From a virus (Duplodnaviria; Heunggongvirae; Uroviricota; Caudoviricetes), in the IMG/VR virus record IMGVR_UViG_2850773344_000008: DNA of 35,473 nt; one strand, 5' to 3'. Each line of letters begins with the position of its first letter. Within the stretch, counting starts at the first letter, position 1. Made by a program: the position numbers and the translations under genes. The notes under the pieces were generated by a model, which was not told the origin of the DNA, ran no database searches, and saw nothing but the letters and a program-made list of their open reading frames with translations. Shown one piece after another: positions 8,945 through 17,762 of the stretch.

Positions 8945-9722
8945 ATGGCTTCAAACTGGATAAAGCTCGAGGTTATTACGCCGGATAAGCCGGAAATATT
9001 CAGGCTTGCTGAGATTCTGAATATTGATCCAGATGCCGCATTAGGGAAGGTTATTCGCTTCTGGGCATGGGCGGATCAACAAATGATAGACGGTAATGCA
9101 GATTGTAACGCTCGCGGCGTTACAAAAAGTGCAATAGATCGCATCACTTTTATGTCTGGTTTTGCTGATGCGTTAATTCAGGTTGGATGGCTGGTCGAAA
9201 ATGACGGTGGGCTTTCTCTACCTAACTTTGAACGTCATAACGGAAAAAGCTCTAAAAAACGGGCGGTTACAAACGAGCGAGTAACAAAAATACGCGAACT
9301 GAAACGAAAAGGTAACGCTGCCAGCGTTACACAAACGGATCAAAAAGCGTTACCAGTGGAAGAGGAAGAGGAAGATCTAAATACTGATCTCCCCCTAAAT
9401 CCCCCTCGCCAAAAACGAGCGTCTAAAAAATTCGAGCCGGAGGCTATTGAGCTGCCCGATTGGTTGCCGGAAACACTCTGGCATGAGTGGGTCCGGTTCA
9501 GACAGGCATTGCGAAAACCGATTCGAACGGAGCAGGGCGATACGGGAACTGGAAAAATTCCGTCAGCAGGGTTTTACACCTGAGCAGGTGATTCGACACA
9601 GCATCGCCAATGAATACCAGGGCCTGTTCGCGCCGAAAGGTGTTCGGCCTGAGACGTTGCTCCGACAGGTTAACACCGTCTCGTTGCCGGACAGTGCGAT
9701 CCCGCCAGGCTTCAGGGGGTAA
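8945..9722 (+). pseudogene. YdaU-like replication-initiation (O-like) protein, frameshifted
   Basis: ORFs 8945..9583 and 9447..9722 in different frames; N-part ...IELPDWLPETLWHEWVRFRQALRKPIRTEQG and C-part ...AIRELEKFRQQGFTPEQVIRHSIANEYQGLF belong to one protein; shift lies near 9535-9545. Confidence 0.55.
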
Positions 9723-9728
9723 CGGACC

Positions 9729-10476
9729 ATGAAAAATATTGCGACAGGCGGCGTTCTGGAACGCATCCGCCGACTGACCCCGCCACATGTAACCGCCCCA
9801 TTCAGAACGGTAGCGGAGTGGCGCGAGTGGCAACTTGCTGAAGGCCAGAAACGTAGCGAGGAGATCAACCGCCTGAATCGCCAGTTGCGGGTGGAAAAAA
9901 TTCTGAATCGCTCAGGCATCCAGCCGTTGCACCGTAAATGCTCGTTTGCGAATTACCAGGTGCAGAACGACGGCCAGCGATACGCGTTAAGCCAGGCGAA
10001 ATCCATCGCCGATGAACTGATGACCGGGTGTACAAATTTTGCGTTCAGCGGAAAACCTGATACCGGGTAGAATCACTTAGCGGCAGCTATCGGGAATCGC
10101 CTGCTGAAAGACGGTCAGACAGTGATTGTGGTTACCGTGGCTGATGTTATGAGCGCCCTGCACGCCAGCTATGACGACGGGCAGTCAGGCGAAAAATTTT
10201 TGCGGGAGCTGTGCGAAGTGGATCTGCTGGTTCTTGATGAAATTGGCATGCAGCGGGATACGAAAAAACGAGCAGGTGGTACTGAACCAGATTGTTGATC
10301 GCCGGACGGCATCGTTACGCGGTGTGGGGATGCTGACAAACCTGAACTATGAGGTGATGAAAACATTGCTCGGCGAGCGGGTGATGGATCGCATGGTCAT
10401 GAACGGCGGGCGCTGGGTGAATTTTAACTGGGAGAGCTGGCGTCCGAATGTTAGCCATTCGAGGGTTGTTAAGTAG
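9729..10476 (+). pseudogene. YdaV/DnaC-like helicase loader (AAA+ ATPase), inactivated
   Basis: In-frame TAG at 10068-10070 inside the Walker A motif (FSGKPDTG*); the same frame continues (NHLAAAIGNRLLKDGQTVIVV...VLDEIG) until an A6 run at 10263-10268, where the frame shifts into ORF 10171..10476. Confidence 0.6.
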
Positions 10477-10490
10477 TTTCAGGAGGATTT

Positions 10491-10913
10491 ATGGCGAAAC
10501 CTTTTACTCCCGAACAGCGGGAAGAACTGAAGACGCGAATTGTGGAACTCGTGCATCAGGACGGTCGGGTCACGATTCGGCAGTTGTCCGATGAAACAGG
10601 TATCAGTCGTGCGTCTGTCGGTCGCTTATGCATAGAACTGGTCGCAAGTGGTGATGTATATAATTCTGGCTACGGCTTATTCCCGTCTGAACAGGCTCGC
10701 AAGGACTGGCAAAGCGCCCGCAAAAAACTCTCGAGAGTAAAGGTGAGGAAACCGGTTGTTGTTGATCCGGACCTTATCTGGTCATTACCTGACGGAGAAA
10801 TACGCCGCTACGACAGGCGCCTGAATATAATCTGTCGCGAGTGCCGGAAGAGCGAAGCTATGCAGCGTGTACTGGCTTTCTATCAGGGTAATTTTCAGGA
10901 GGCGATACTGTGA
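10491..10913 (+). CDS. hypothetical protein with predicted winged-helix/HTH N-terminus
   Basis: 140 aa; strong RBS (CAGGAGGA) before ATG; HTH-like segment RVTIRQLSDETGISRASVGRL. Confidence 0.4.
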   Translation: MAKPFTPEQREELKTRIVELVHQDGRVTIRQLSDETGISRASVGRLCIELVASGDVYNSGYGLFPSEQARKDWQSARKKLSRVKVRKPVVVDPDLIWSLPDGEIRRYDRRLNIICRECRKSEAMQRVLAFYQGNFQEAIL

Positions 10914-10970
10914 ATGAAATTAGCTATCAGGCTTCAATTACCGCTGGCATTCGCATCAAAGGAGAGGAGC

Positions 10971-11327
10971 ATGGAAATAAAACCAGAAGATGAGTTAAGC
11001 AATATCGTTTTATTTCCGATAAAAGAGGATGACCCTCGTAATCAGGTTAATTTTCTTTATAAGCCATCGGAAAGACCATATTGCCATCACGCCTCTGTAC
11101 GGGTTGACGAAAAAGAGCGTCAGGTCCGCTGTAAAATCTGCGGTGCGGTTGTGGAGCCGTTTGACTGGATGCTCTCTGTGGCAAAAAGAGAAACCAGACT
11201 GGCAGATGATGTAAGGCTATTGCGCCAGGAGGAACAGGAAAGGCGGAGAAATATAGAAAAGCTGATACAGATTGAGCGTAACGCGAAAGCGCGGATACGC
11301 AGGGCGACAAAATCCAGAACTGAATAA
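10971..11327 (+). CDS. hypothetical zinc-ribbon protein with basic coiled-coil tail
   Basis: 118 aa from Met with AGGAGAGGAG upstream (ORF-track start 10914 is an extension); CHH...CKIC metal-binding spacing followed by an Arg/Glu-rich helix. Confidence 0.4.
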   Translation: MEIKPEDELSNIVLFPIKEDDPRNQVNFLYKPSERPYCHHASVRVDEKERQVRCKICGAVVEPFDWMLSVAKRETRLADDVRLLRQEEQERRRNIEKLIQIERNAKARIRRATKSRTE

Positions 11328-11474
11328 TTAAATTTAGCACTGTTAAAAATTTAATCCTTAACCGGAGGGATTTCTGCACCCTCAAATCATCAGGAGACCG
11401 CCCGAAAGGGCGGGGAGCAGTCACACATCTGTTTCCGATAGCCCCGTTCTAATGCTACACTCTTTGATATTTTT

Positions 11475-12161
11475 ATGACCTCAATAAACATATTTATGAC
11501 AGTTGCTGATTTCAAACGGCCCAAATTGGAGCTCCCAAACGGGGCAAACAAACTACTACTGCACTCTTGCTGTGCTCCATGTTCCGGTGAGGTGATGGAG
11601 GCGCTTCAGGCCTCGGGAATCGACTACACCATCTTTTTCTACAACCCGAACATTCATCCTCAGAAAGAGTATTTAATTCGTAAGGATGAGAATATTCGCT
11701 TTGCTGAACAACACGGCGTGCCGTTTATTGATGCTGATTACGACACAGACAACTGGTTTGAACGAGCCAAAGGAATGGAATGGGAGCCCGAACGAGGGAT
11801 CCGTTGCACCATGTGTTTTGACATGCGTTTTGAGCGGACAGCGCTGTACGCCGCTGAAAATGGTTTCAGTGTGATCAGCAGTTCACTGGGCATTTCACGC
11901 TGGAAAAATATGCAGCAGGTTAACGACTGTGGGCGGCGAGCCGTCGCGCATTATCCGGGCATGGTGTACTGGGATTATAACTGGCGCAAGCAGGGCGGCT
12001 CGTCCCGTATGATTGAAATCAGCAAGCGCGAAAAATTCTATCAGCAGGAATATTGTGGCTGTGTGTATTCTCTGCGCGATACCAATCTACACCGCAAATC
12101 TCAGGGACGCCCTCTTATCAAAATTGGTCAACTCCACTACGGTAAAGAAGAGAAGGAGTGA
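11475..12161 (+). CDS. QueH-like (DUF208) Fe-S protein, putative epoxyqueuosine reductase
   Basis: 228 aa; signature [11 protein letters not shown] plus downstream Cys pairs (CTMC, CGC) as in DUF208/QueH proteins. Confidence 0.55.
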   Translation: MTSINIFMTVADFKRPKLELPNGANKLLLHSCCAPCSGEVMEALQASGIDYTIFFYNPNIHPQKEYLIRKDENIRFAEQHGVPFIDADYDTDNWFERAKGMEWEPERGIRCTMCFDMRFERTALYAAENGFSVISSSLGISRWKNMQQVNDCGRRAVAHYPGMVYWDYNWRKQGGSSRMIEISKREKFYQQEYCGCVYSLRDTNLHRKSQGRPLIKIGQLHYGKEEKE

Positions 12162-12388
12162 TTTTATGGGGCACCTTTCTGATTGATTTCATATTGGCGA
12201 GGTAAGTAGAATGACTGCGGGTGCTTGAGGCTATCTGCTTCAGGCATGAACACCAAAAGGCAGATAGAGAAAAGCCCCAGTTAACATTACGCGTCCGGCA
12301 AGACGCTTAACATTAATCTGAGGCCAATTTCATGCTTTGCACATGTAGGTTAGCCTCTTACATGCCGAAAGGCAAGGAGAAGCAGGCT

Positions 12389-12544
12389 ATGAAGCAGCAA
12401 AAGGCGATGTTAATCGCCCTGATCGTCATCTGTTTAACCGTCATAGTGACGGCACTGGTAACGAGGAAAGACCTCTGTGAGGTACGAATCCGAACCGGCC
12501 AGACGGAGGTCGCTGTCTTCGTAGACTACGAATCCAGGAAGTAA
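12389..12544 (+). CDS. Hok/Gef-family type I toxin
   Basis: 51 aa MKQQKAMLIALIVICLTVIVTALVTRKDLCEVRIRTGQTEVAVF...: single TM helix plus conserved Cys/periplasmic tail; AAGGAG 8 nt upstream; long structured leader. Confidence 0.75.
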   Translation: MKQQKAMLIALIVICLTVIVTALVTRKDLCEVRIRTGQTEVAVFVDYESRK

Positions 12545-12621
12545 GAGTGACCGGGTGGGGAGCTGATCCCATCCCCGCCCACCTCTGATGTGTCAGGCAT
12601 CCTCAACGCACCCGCACTTAA

Positions 12622-12664
12622 CCCGCCCATCGCTGTGATCTCTCAGCGTTTCGGCGGGTTTTTT
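12622..12664 (+). terminator. intrinsic terminator downstream of hok-like gene
   Basis: GC stem CCCGCC/GGCGGG enclosing an inner CGCTG/CAGCG stem, followed by T6. Confidence 0.55.
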
Positions 12665-12793
12665 GTTGTTTATTTCCGGTGAATTTGATTCGCGCACCTT
12701 CGCAGATAGAATCGACTCACTTAAGTAGCGCGCAGGGAGAAGAGGGATGGACCCCGAACAGGGGAGAGCTATTTATCTGGAAGGATTCTGAAG

Positions 12794-13081
12794 ATGAAAA
12801 TCGAAGAATTGCGTGAAATTTTTAGTGAAAATGGCCTCTATGCTGTGCGCGTTGAGAATGGAGCGATTGTCAGCCATTGCCGCATTAGATGTTTGCAATC
12901 TCAACAAAGGAAGAGCGGTGCTGTGTTATTTTATTTTTGTAATGGACTTCTGACGGACGGTTTTATTTTGCGTGAGGACGAATTTGTCACATCATTACGG
13001 GTTTTGAAAAAGATTGGTTTTAAGGCTGGTTTTCTGCTTTTGCTGAAGAATAAACTCATCTACAATCTTGAGCAGGATTGA
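12794..13081 (+). CDS. hypothetical protein (AT-rich orphan)
   Basis: 95 codons, markedly AT-rich relative to neighbours; no recognisable motif. Confidence 0.3.
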   Translation: MKIEELREIFSENGLYAVRVENGAIVSHCRIRCLQSQQRKSGAVLFYFCNGLLTDGFILREDEFVTSLRVLKKIGFKAGFLLLLKNKLIYNLEQD

Positions 13082-13119
13082 ACTCCTGCTGTGTAACACC
13101 GTGCCACCGGAGAAAGCCG

Positions 13120-13719
13120 ATGGCACATATACAACTGGTCAAACAAACCTCTTCCGGATTACTTCTCCCGGCGACGCCGGAGAGTTGCGATTTTCTGCAT
13201 CAAATCAAAATAGGTGAGTGGATACACGCAGACTTTAAGCGTGTGCGTAACTACGCATTCCACAAGCGTTTTTTCAAACTCCTGCAACTGGGTTTCGATT
13301 ACTGGACTCCGGTCGGTGGGGCGATCACGCCTCGCGAACGAAAACTGGTGTCCGGTTTCGTTGATTACCTGTGTGAATCAGTAGGCCGGGAACATACGCC
13401 AGCTCTGAGCGAAGCCGCAGAGCAATATCTGAATACAGTTGCGACACGCAGAACCCGTGATACGGCATTGCTAAAGTCGTTTGAGGCTTTCCGCGAGTGG
13501 GTAGCCATTCAGGCCGGATTTTACACCGAGCATTTTTATCCGGACGGTAGCCGTGGGTGTCGGGCGAAATCTATCGCGTTTGCGAATATGGACGAAACCG
13601 AGTTTCAGCAGGTTTATAAATCTGTACTGAATGTGCTGTGGAACTGGATTCTGTTCCGTAAATTTTCCTCTCCGGAACAAGTCGAAAATGTGGCCGCGCA
13701 GCTGCTGGAATTTGCGTAA
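13120..13719 (+). CDS. DUF1367-like phage protein
   Basis: 199 aa from Met with GGAGAAA upstream; position (between replication block and Q) and recollection of lambdoid nin-region proteins. Confidence 0.45.
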   Translation: MAHIQLVKQTSSGLLLPATPESCDFLHQIKIGEWIHADFKRVRNYAFHKRFFKLLQLGFDYWTPVGGAITPRERKLVSGFVDYLCESVGREHTPALSEAAEQYLNTVATRRTRDTALLKSFEAFREWVAIQAGFYTEHFYPDGSRGCRAKSIAFANMDETEFQQVYKSVLNVLWNWILFRKFSSPEQVENVAAQLLEFA

Positions 13720-14009
13720 TGGTGGATTTACTTAAAGCGGCGCGGGGGCAGATGTGCACCGTCAGAATTCCTGGCTACTGCAATCACGATCCGGAAACGT
13801 CTGTGCTGGCGCATTACCGACTGGCGGGAACGTGCGGAACAGCGATAAAGCCACACGATATGCAGGCAGCGATTGCCTGTAGCTCGTGCCACGATTTAAT
13901 CGACGGGCGGGTAAAAACCAGCGATTACACCAAAGAAGAATTACGCCTGATGCATGCAGAAGGTGTTTTTCGCACACAAGAAATCTGGAGAAAGGAGGGA
14001 TATTTATGA
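13719..14009 (+). CDS. YbcO-like (DUF1364) putative nuclease
   Basis: 96 aa; Cys/His-rich motifs CTVRIPGYCNHDPETSVLAHYR...ACSSCHDLID; start overlaps upstream stop (TAATG). Confidence 0.6.
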   Translation: MVDLLKAARGQMCTVRIPGYCNHDPETSVLAHYRLAGTCGTAIKPHDMQAAIACSSCHDLIDGRVKTSDYTKEELRLMHAEGVFRTQEIWRKEGYL

Positions 14010-14560
14010 TTTACCCAACGAATACAGGAAAAAGCGGAGAACACCTTCGTCTCACCACGCTGGAAAGTGTCTGGATTCAGGGAAAACTACGTATGTGGGG
14101 GCGCTGGTCGTATATTGGTGGCGGTAAGACGGGGAATATGTTTAACCTGATGTTGACCTCTAAAAAGCTGACAAAAACGGCAATTAACGAGGCGCTCCGG
14201 AGGATGAAAAAAGCAGGTCTGAACAAGTCTGAACTTGAGGCTTTTTTGCGGGATATGATTAACGGTAAGCAAAAGAGCTGGCTGGCGCATTGTACTGATG
14301 CAGAGGCGTTATGTATTGATCGGGTCATAAGTGAGGTGCTGGCAGAGCATCCAGGATTGATTAGCGTCCTTCGGCAACGGTATGAGGGGCGGGGGATGAC
14401 CAAATGCAAAATGGCTGAACTGCTGAATGATGCACACCCGAAATGGAGTTTAAGAACCTGTGAAAGACGCATTGAGCATTGGCTAAAGGTGGCAGAATTT
14501 ATTTTGTACAAACCAATGGTTATGGCTTTTGGTATAGAGAAAAAAGTTATTGCTTTTTGA
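14006..14560 (+). CDS. putative late-gene antiterminator Q
   Basis: 184 aa from Met 14006 (AAGGAGGGA upstream, ATGA overlap with preceding gene); last gene before the tRNA array and the lysis cassette, the canonical Q position. Family not verified. Confidence 0.45.
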   Translation: MIYPTNTGKSGEHLRLTTLESVWIQGKLRMWGRWSYIGGGKTGNMFNLMLTSKKLTKTAINEALRRMKKAGLNKSELEAFLRDMINGKQKSWLAHCTDAEALCIDRVISEVLAEHPGLISVLRQRYEGRGMTKCKMAELLNDAHPKWSLRTCERRIEHWLKVAEFILYKPMVMAFGIEKKVIAF

Positions 14561-14749
14561 CGTAAAAACTGCTTCAATTCTTGTACGCTTCGCAAAGCTG
14601 TACCGCGAGGCGAATAGCAGACATGGACATTTGAAAGAGCCCGCTTTATGCGGTTTTTTTTATACCTGAAAAACGGCACAGGACGTTAAACGTGCTGGTG
14701 ATCAGATGAGTTTGCAGATGTGATGACATATGGTTATTATTCTGCCTCC

Positions 14750-14826
14750 GGCCCTTTAGCTCAGTTGGTCAGAGCGAGCGACTCATAATCGCCAGGTCGC
14801 TGGTTCAAGTCCAGCAAGGGCCACCA
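14750..14826 (+). tRNA. tRNA with CAT anticodon (Ile2-lysidine type or Met)
   Basis: 77-nt cloverleaf: acceptor GGCCCTT/AAGGGCC, anticodon loop CTCATAA, T-loop TTCAAGT, encoded CCA. Confidence 0.8.
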
Positions 14827-14827
14827 A

Positions 14828-14904
14828 CCACCACTAGCTCATCCGGATAGAGCATCAACCTTCTAAGTTGACGGTGCGAGGTTCGAGTCCTCGGTGGTGG
14901 GCCA
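14828..14904 (+). tRNA. tRNA-Arg (anticodon TCT)
   Basis: 77 nt: acceptor CCACCAC/GTGGTGG, anticodon loop CTTCTAA, T-loop TTCGAGT, CCA. Confidence 0.8.
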
Positions 14905-14906
14905 GC

Positions 14907-14981
<75 letters not shown>

Positions 14982-14984
14982 TAT

Positions 14985-15059
<75 letters not shown>

Positions 15060-15672
15060 GCGAGATTTGAGACGAAGGTTGTTATTTGCACTGACACAAT
15101 ATTGTGTGGGAATGTCTGACTCCTTACCATCTCCTGTTCTGTGATGTTGTTTTGTTGCAGTTCCAGTGCTCTTTTTTCAGCACCAGAATGGTGCATTGTC
15201 GGTCAGGTTACGTAGTGAACCTCTGGCAGGGGACTGATAATGCATCATTCTGGTGTTGTAAATATCTCTTCGGACAACTTACAAAATATTCTAAGCAAAC
15301 CCCGGGAACACACTCTTAACTGCCTTGGTTGGCGGTTTTTTGCACAGCGCTCGGTATGTGTGAGCTGGAAATCAGATTTTGCATGGACTGGAATCATGCT
15401 GTTATTTAGGGGCGAAGAACTGGCTTTTTCTTCCGCCTTCTCACCAGTAACGATTAGAAAAATAATGAAATGCCCCCTCCGGGGAGGAGGACCGTAGAAA
15501 AAAGGACCCGCCAGCAAAAACATTGGGGATGAACAGCTTTCGCTACTCAGATTGCTGGCGGGTAAAGTTCCTCATGAATTAAGAATGCTACGCGATCTTT
15601 TTTAATGGAAATGAAAATTATTGTCAATTAGTCGTGCGTGTTTTTTCATACAATATTGGTAAAGGTGATTCA

Positions 15673-15703
15673 GGCCATCAGAGTTTTGCTGATGGCCTTT
15701 TTT
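15673..15703 (+). terminator. strong intrinsic terminator (tR'-like) just upstream of the lysis genes
   Basis: 9-bp stem GGCCATCAG/CTGATGGCC, loop AGTTTTG, then T6. Confidence 0.7.
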
Positions 15704-15871
15704 CTTTCCGATAGCACAGGTCTGTCGGGGGGGGGGATATGTATCAGATGGAAAAAATATCAACAGGCATTGCCTACGGCACCTCCGCCGGCAGTGCCGG
15801 CTACTGTTTTTTGCAGTGGTTGGATCAGTGAGGTGTACTGGCAATAGCGGACACTACCATTTGTTCTTTTT

Positions 15872-16663
15872 TTAAGCAGCCATCTGATGATATTTTTCCC
15901 TGAAGGCTGCCGGGGAGATATTCCCCAGACGAGAGTGACGACGCTGACGATTGTAGAAAATCTCAATGTATTCCCGTATTACTGAGATGGCTTCATCCCG
16001 GTTATTAAAACGATAGTGGCTCAGGCTCTCATTTTTCAGCGTTCCCCAGAAGCTTTCCATCGGAGCGTTGTCGTAACAGTTACCTTTACGCGACATTGAT
16101 GTTTTCAGACCAAACTGCTCCTGTATGACCCGGTAATCGTATGCGCAGTACTGTGAACCTCGATCAGAGTGGTGGATTAGCCCGGCAGGTGGGCGCTGGC
16201 TCCTGAGCGCCATAAACAGGGCTTTACCTGTCAGCTCTTTTGTCATGCGCTCTCCCATGGCGTAGCCGACAATTTCGCACGTATAAACATCTTTGATGCC
16301 AGCAACATACGTCAGGTCCGCCACCCAGACCTGATTTGGTGCTGTAGGAGCGAACGTCTGGTTCAGCAGATTTGGCGCAACTGGCAGATTGTGGTTCGGG
16401 TTCGTAGTCGCTCTGAACTTGCGTTTCTGCTTACAGCGTAGCCTCAGCTCCTTACGAAGACGTGCCAGTCGGTCACGACCAACGATGATGCCATTCTCTG
16501 CCAGCTCCGTCTGGAGCCGCCGGGTTCCATATGTTTCGCGAGTGCGGATATGTGCCACCTTAATCTCCAGTTTTAGCCGCTCATCACTTTGTTTTCTGTC
16601 TGAGGGTTCATGCTGTACCCAGTTGTAATAACCGCTCCTGGATACACCAAATACCTGACACAT
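15872..16663 (-). CDS. IS600 OrfB, 9-codon in-frame deletion variant
   Basis: 263 aa; ...ADLTYVA/GIKDVY... junction instead of ...ADLTYVATQEGWLYLAGIKDVY.... Confidence 0.8.
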   Translation of the reverse strand: MCQVFGVSRSGYYNWVQHEPSDRKQSDERLKLEIKVAHIRTRETYGTRRLQTELAENGIIVGRDRLARLRKELRLRCKQKRKFRATTNPNHNLPVAPNLLNQTFAPTAPNQVWVADLTYVAGIKDVYTCEIVGYAMGERMTKELTGKALFMALRSQRPPAGLIHHSDRGSQYCAYDYRVIQEQFGLKTSMSRKGNCYDNAPMESFWGTLKNESLSHYRFNNRDEAISVIREYIEIFYNRQRRHSRLGNISPAAFREKYHQMAA

Positions 16664-16698
16664 CGCTTCAATGGGAAATTGTTGTCGCCATTGTTCGA

Positions 16699-17001
16699 TT
16701 AACGCGTATTTTTCAGCGACTCCTGTGCAAAATACGCTGTTGCTTTTTTTAATATATCGCGCTCAAGGCGAGCTTCATTTAACGCCTTACGCAGTTGCAG
16801 AATTTCAGATTCCAGTTCAGCCACCGTGCGGGAACCAGGAGTACCGAGCCCTTTTCTGGCGGCGGTAACCCATTGTCCTAAAGTGCCTTCAGGAAGGGAT
16901 AATCGGGAAGCGCCTTCACTGATCGAAAGTTGATTTTCAAGAACCGTTCTGACAGCTTCGGCTTTGAACTCTTTAGAGTAACGTTGGGTTTTTCTGCTCA
17001 T
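16699..17001 (-). CDS. IS600 OrfA
   Basis: 100 aa identical to copy 1 OrfA. Confidence 0.9.
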   Translation of the reverse strand: MSRKTQRYSKEFKAEAVRTVLENQLSISEGASRLSLPEGTLGQWVTAARKGLGTPGSRTVAELESEILQLRKALNEARLERDILKKATAYFAQESLKNTR

Positions 17002-17193
17002 TATTAGCTCCTTCTGATGCCATTCTATTTCAGGAAGGAGTGTCCGTTAAACTCAGGCTACCTCACAGGTCAGTCCATCACAGTGGGCTGCGATTGGTGT
17101 GCTGGGAAGTCTGCTTCTGGGGCTTCTGACTTATCTGACGAATCTGTATTTCAAAATAAGAGAAGATAAGCGTAAGGCTGCGAGAGGTGAATA

Positions 17194-17709
17194 ATGTCGC
17201 CATCATTACGCAAGGCTGTTGCAGTTGCTATTGGTGGCGGGGCTGTTGCTATAGCATCTGTGTTAATCACTGGCCCAGGTGGTAACGATGGTCTGGAAGG
17301 TGTCAGCTACATACCATACAAAGATATCATTGGTGTATGGACTGTATGTCACGGACACACCGGAAAAGACATCATGCCTGGTAAAACGTATACCGAAGCA
17401 GAATGCAAAGCTCTCCTGAATAAAGACCTTGTCACTGTCGCCAGACAAATTAACCCGTACATCAAAGTCGATATACCGGAAACAACGCGCGGCGCTCTTT
17501 ACTCGTTCGTTTACAACGTGGGCGCTGGCAATTTCAGAACATCGACGCTTCTTCGCAAAATAAACCAGGGCGATATCAAAGGCGCATATGACCAGCTACG
17601 TCGCTGGACATATGCTGGCGGTAAGCAATGGAAAGGGCTGATGACCCGTCGTGAGATTGAGCGTGAAGTCTGTTTGTGGGGTAAGCGCCCCATCAGCGAC
17701 GTCTTGTGA
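17194..17709 (+). CDS. SAR endolysin (phage 21 R-type lysozyme); last ~9 codons supplied by the IS66-family terminus
   Basis: N-terminal Gly/Ala-rich signal-anchor-release segment ([20 protein letters not shown]), lysozyme core (...[11 protein letters not shown]...[28 protein letters not shown]...); IS66-type inverted repeat starts at 17681 inside the ORF. Confidence 0.8.
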   Translation: MSPSLRKAVAVAIGGGAVAIASVLITGPGGNDGLEGVSYIPYKDIIGVWTVCHGHTGKDIMPGKTYTEAECKALLNKDLVTVARQINPYIKVDIPETTRGALYSFVYNVGAGNFRTSTLLRKINQGDIKGAYDQLRRWTYAGGKQWKGLMTRREIEREVCLWGKRPISDVL

Positions 17710-17762
17710 AAATTGTCCTGTCTGGCAACAATCGCGCCCATCTATATTGATGGACACGAACG

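Larger units (their letters stand above)
15829..17065 (-). mobile_element. IS600, copy 2 (1237 bp, carries a 27-bp internal deletion)
   Basis: Same termini as copy 1; direct CAG triplets at 15826-15828 and 17066-17068; orfB lacks nine codons (TQEGWLYLA) present in copies 1 and 3. Confidence 0.85.
15739..17194 (+). pseudogene. phage-21-type pinholin S, interrupted by IS600
   Basis: 30 codons ([30 protein letters not shown]) before the IS and 41 codons ([41 protein letters not shown]) after it, same frame; stop overlaps endolysin ATG (TAATG). Confidence 0.75.

Noticed and set aside
12332-12388. mok-like overlapping reading frame upstream of hok
   Set aside because: The upstream extension is in the same frame as hok, not an overlapping alternate frame, so it is just an in-frame extension to an earlier Met without RBS.
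15060-15672. Shiga-toxin or other cargo genes between the tRNA array and S
   Set aside because: No ORF with a ribosome-binding site; the only ORF-track entry (15240..15497, 85 codons) has no RBS and no recognisable motif, and nothing resembles stxA/stxB.
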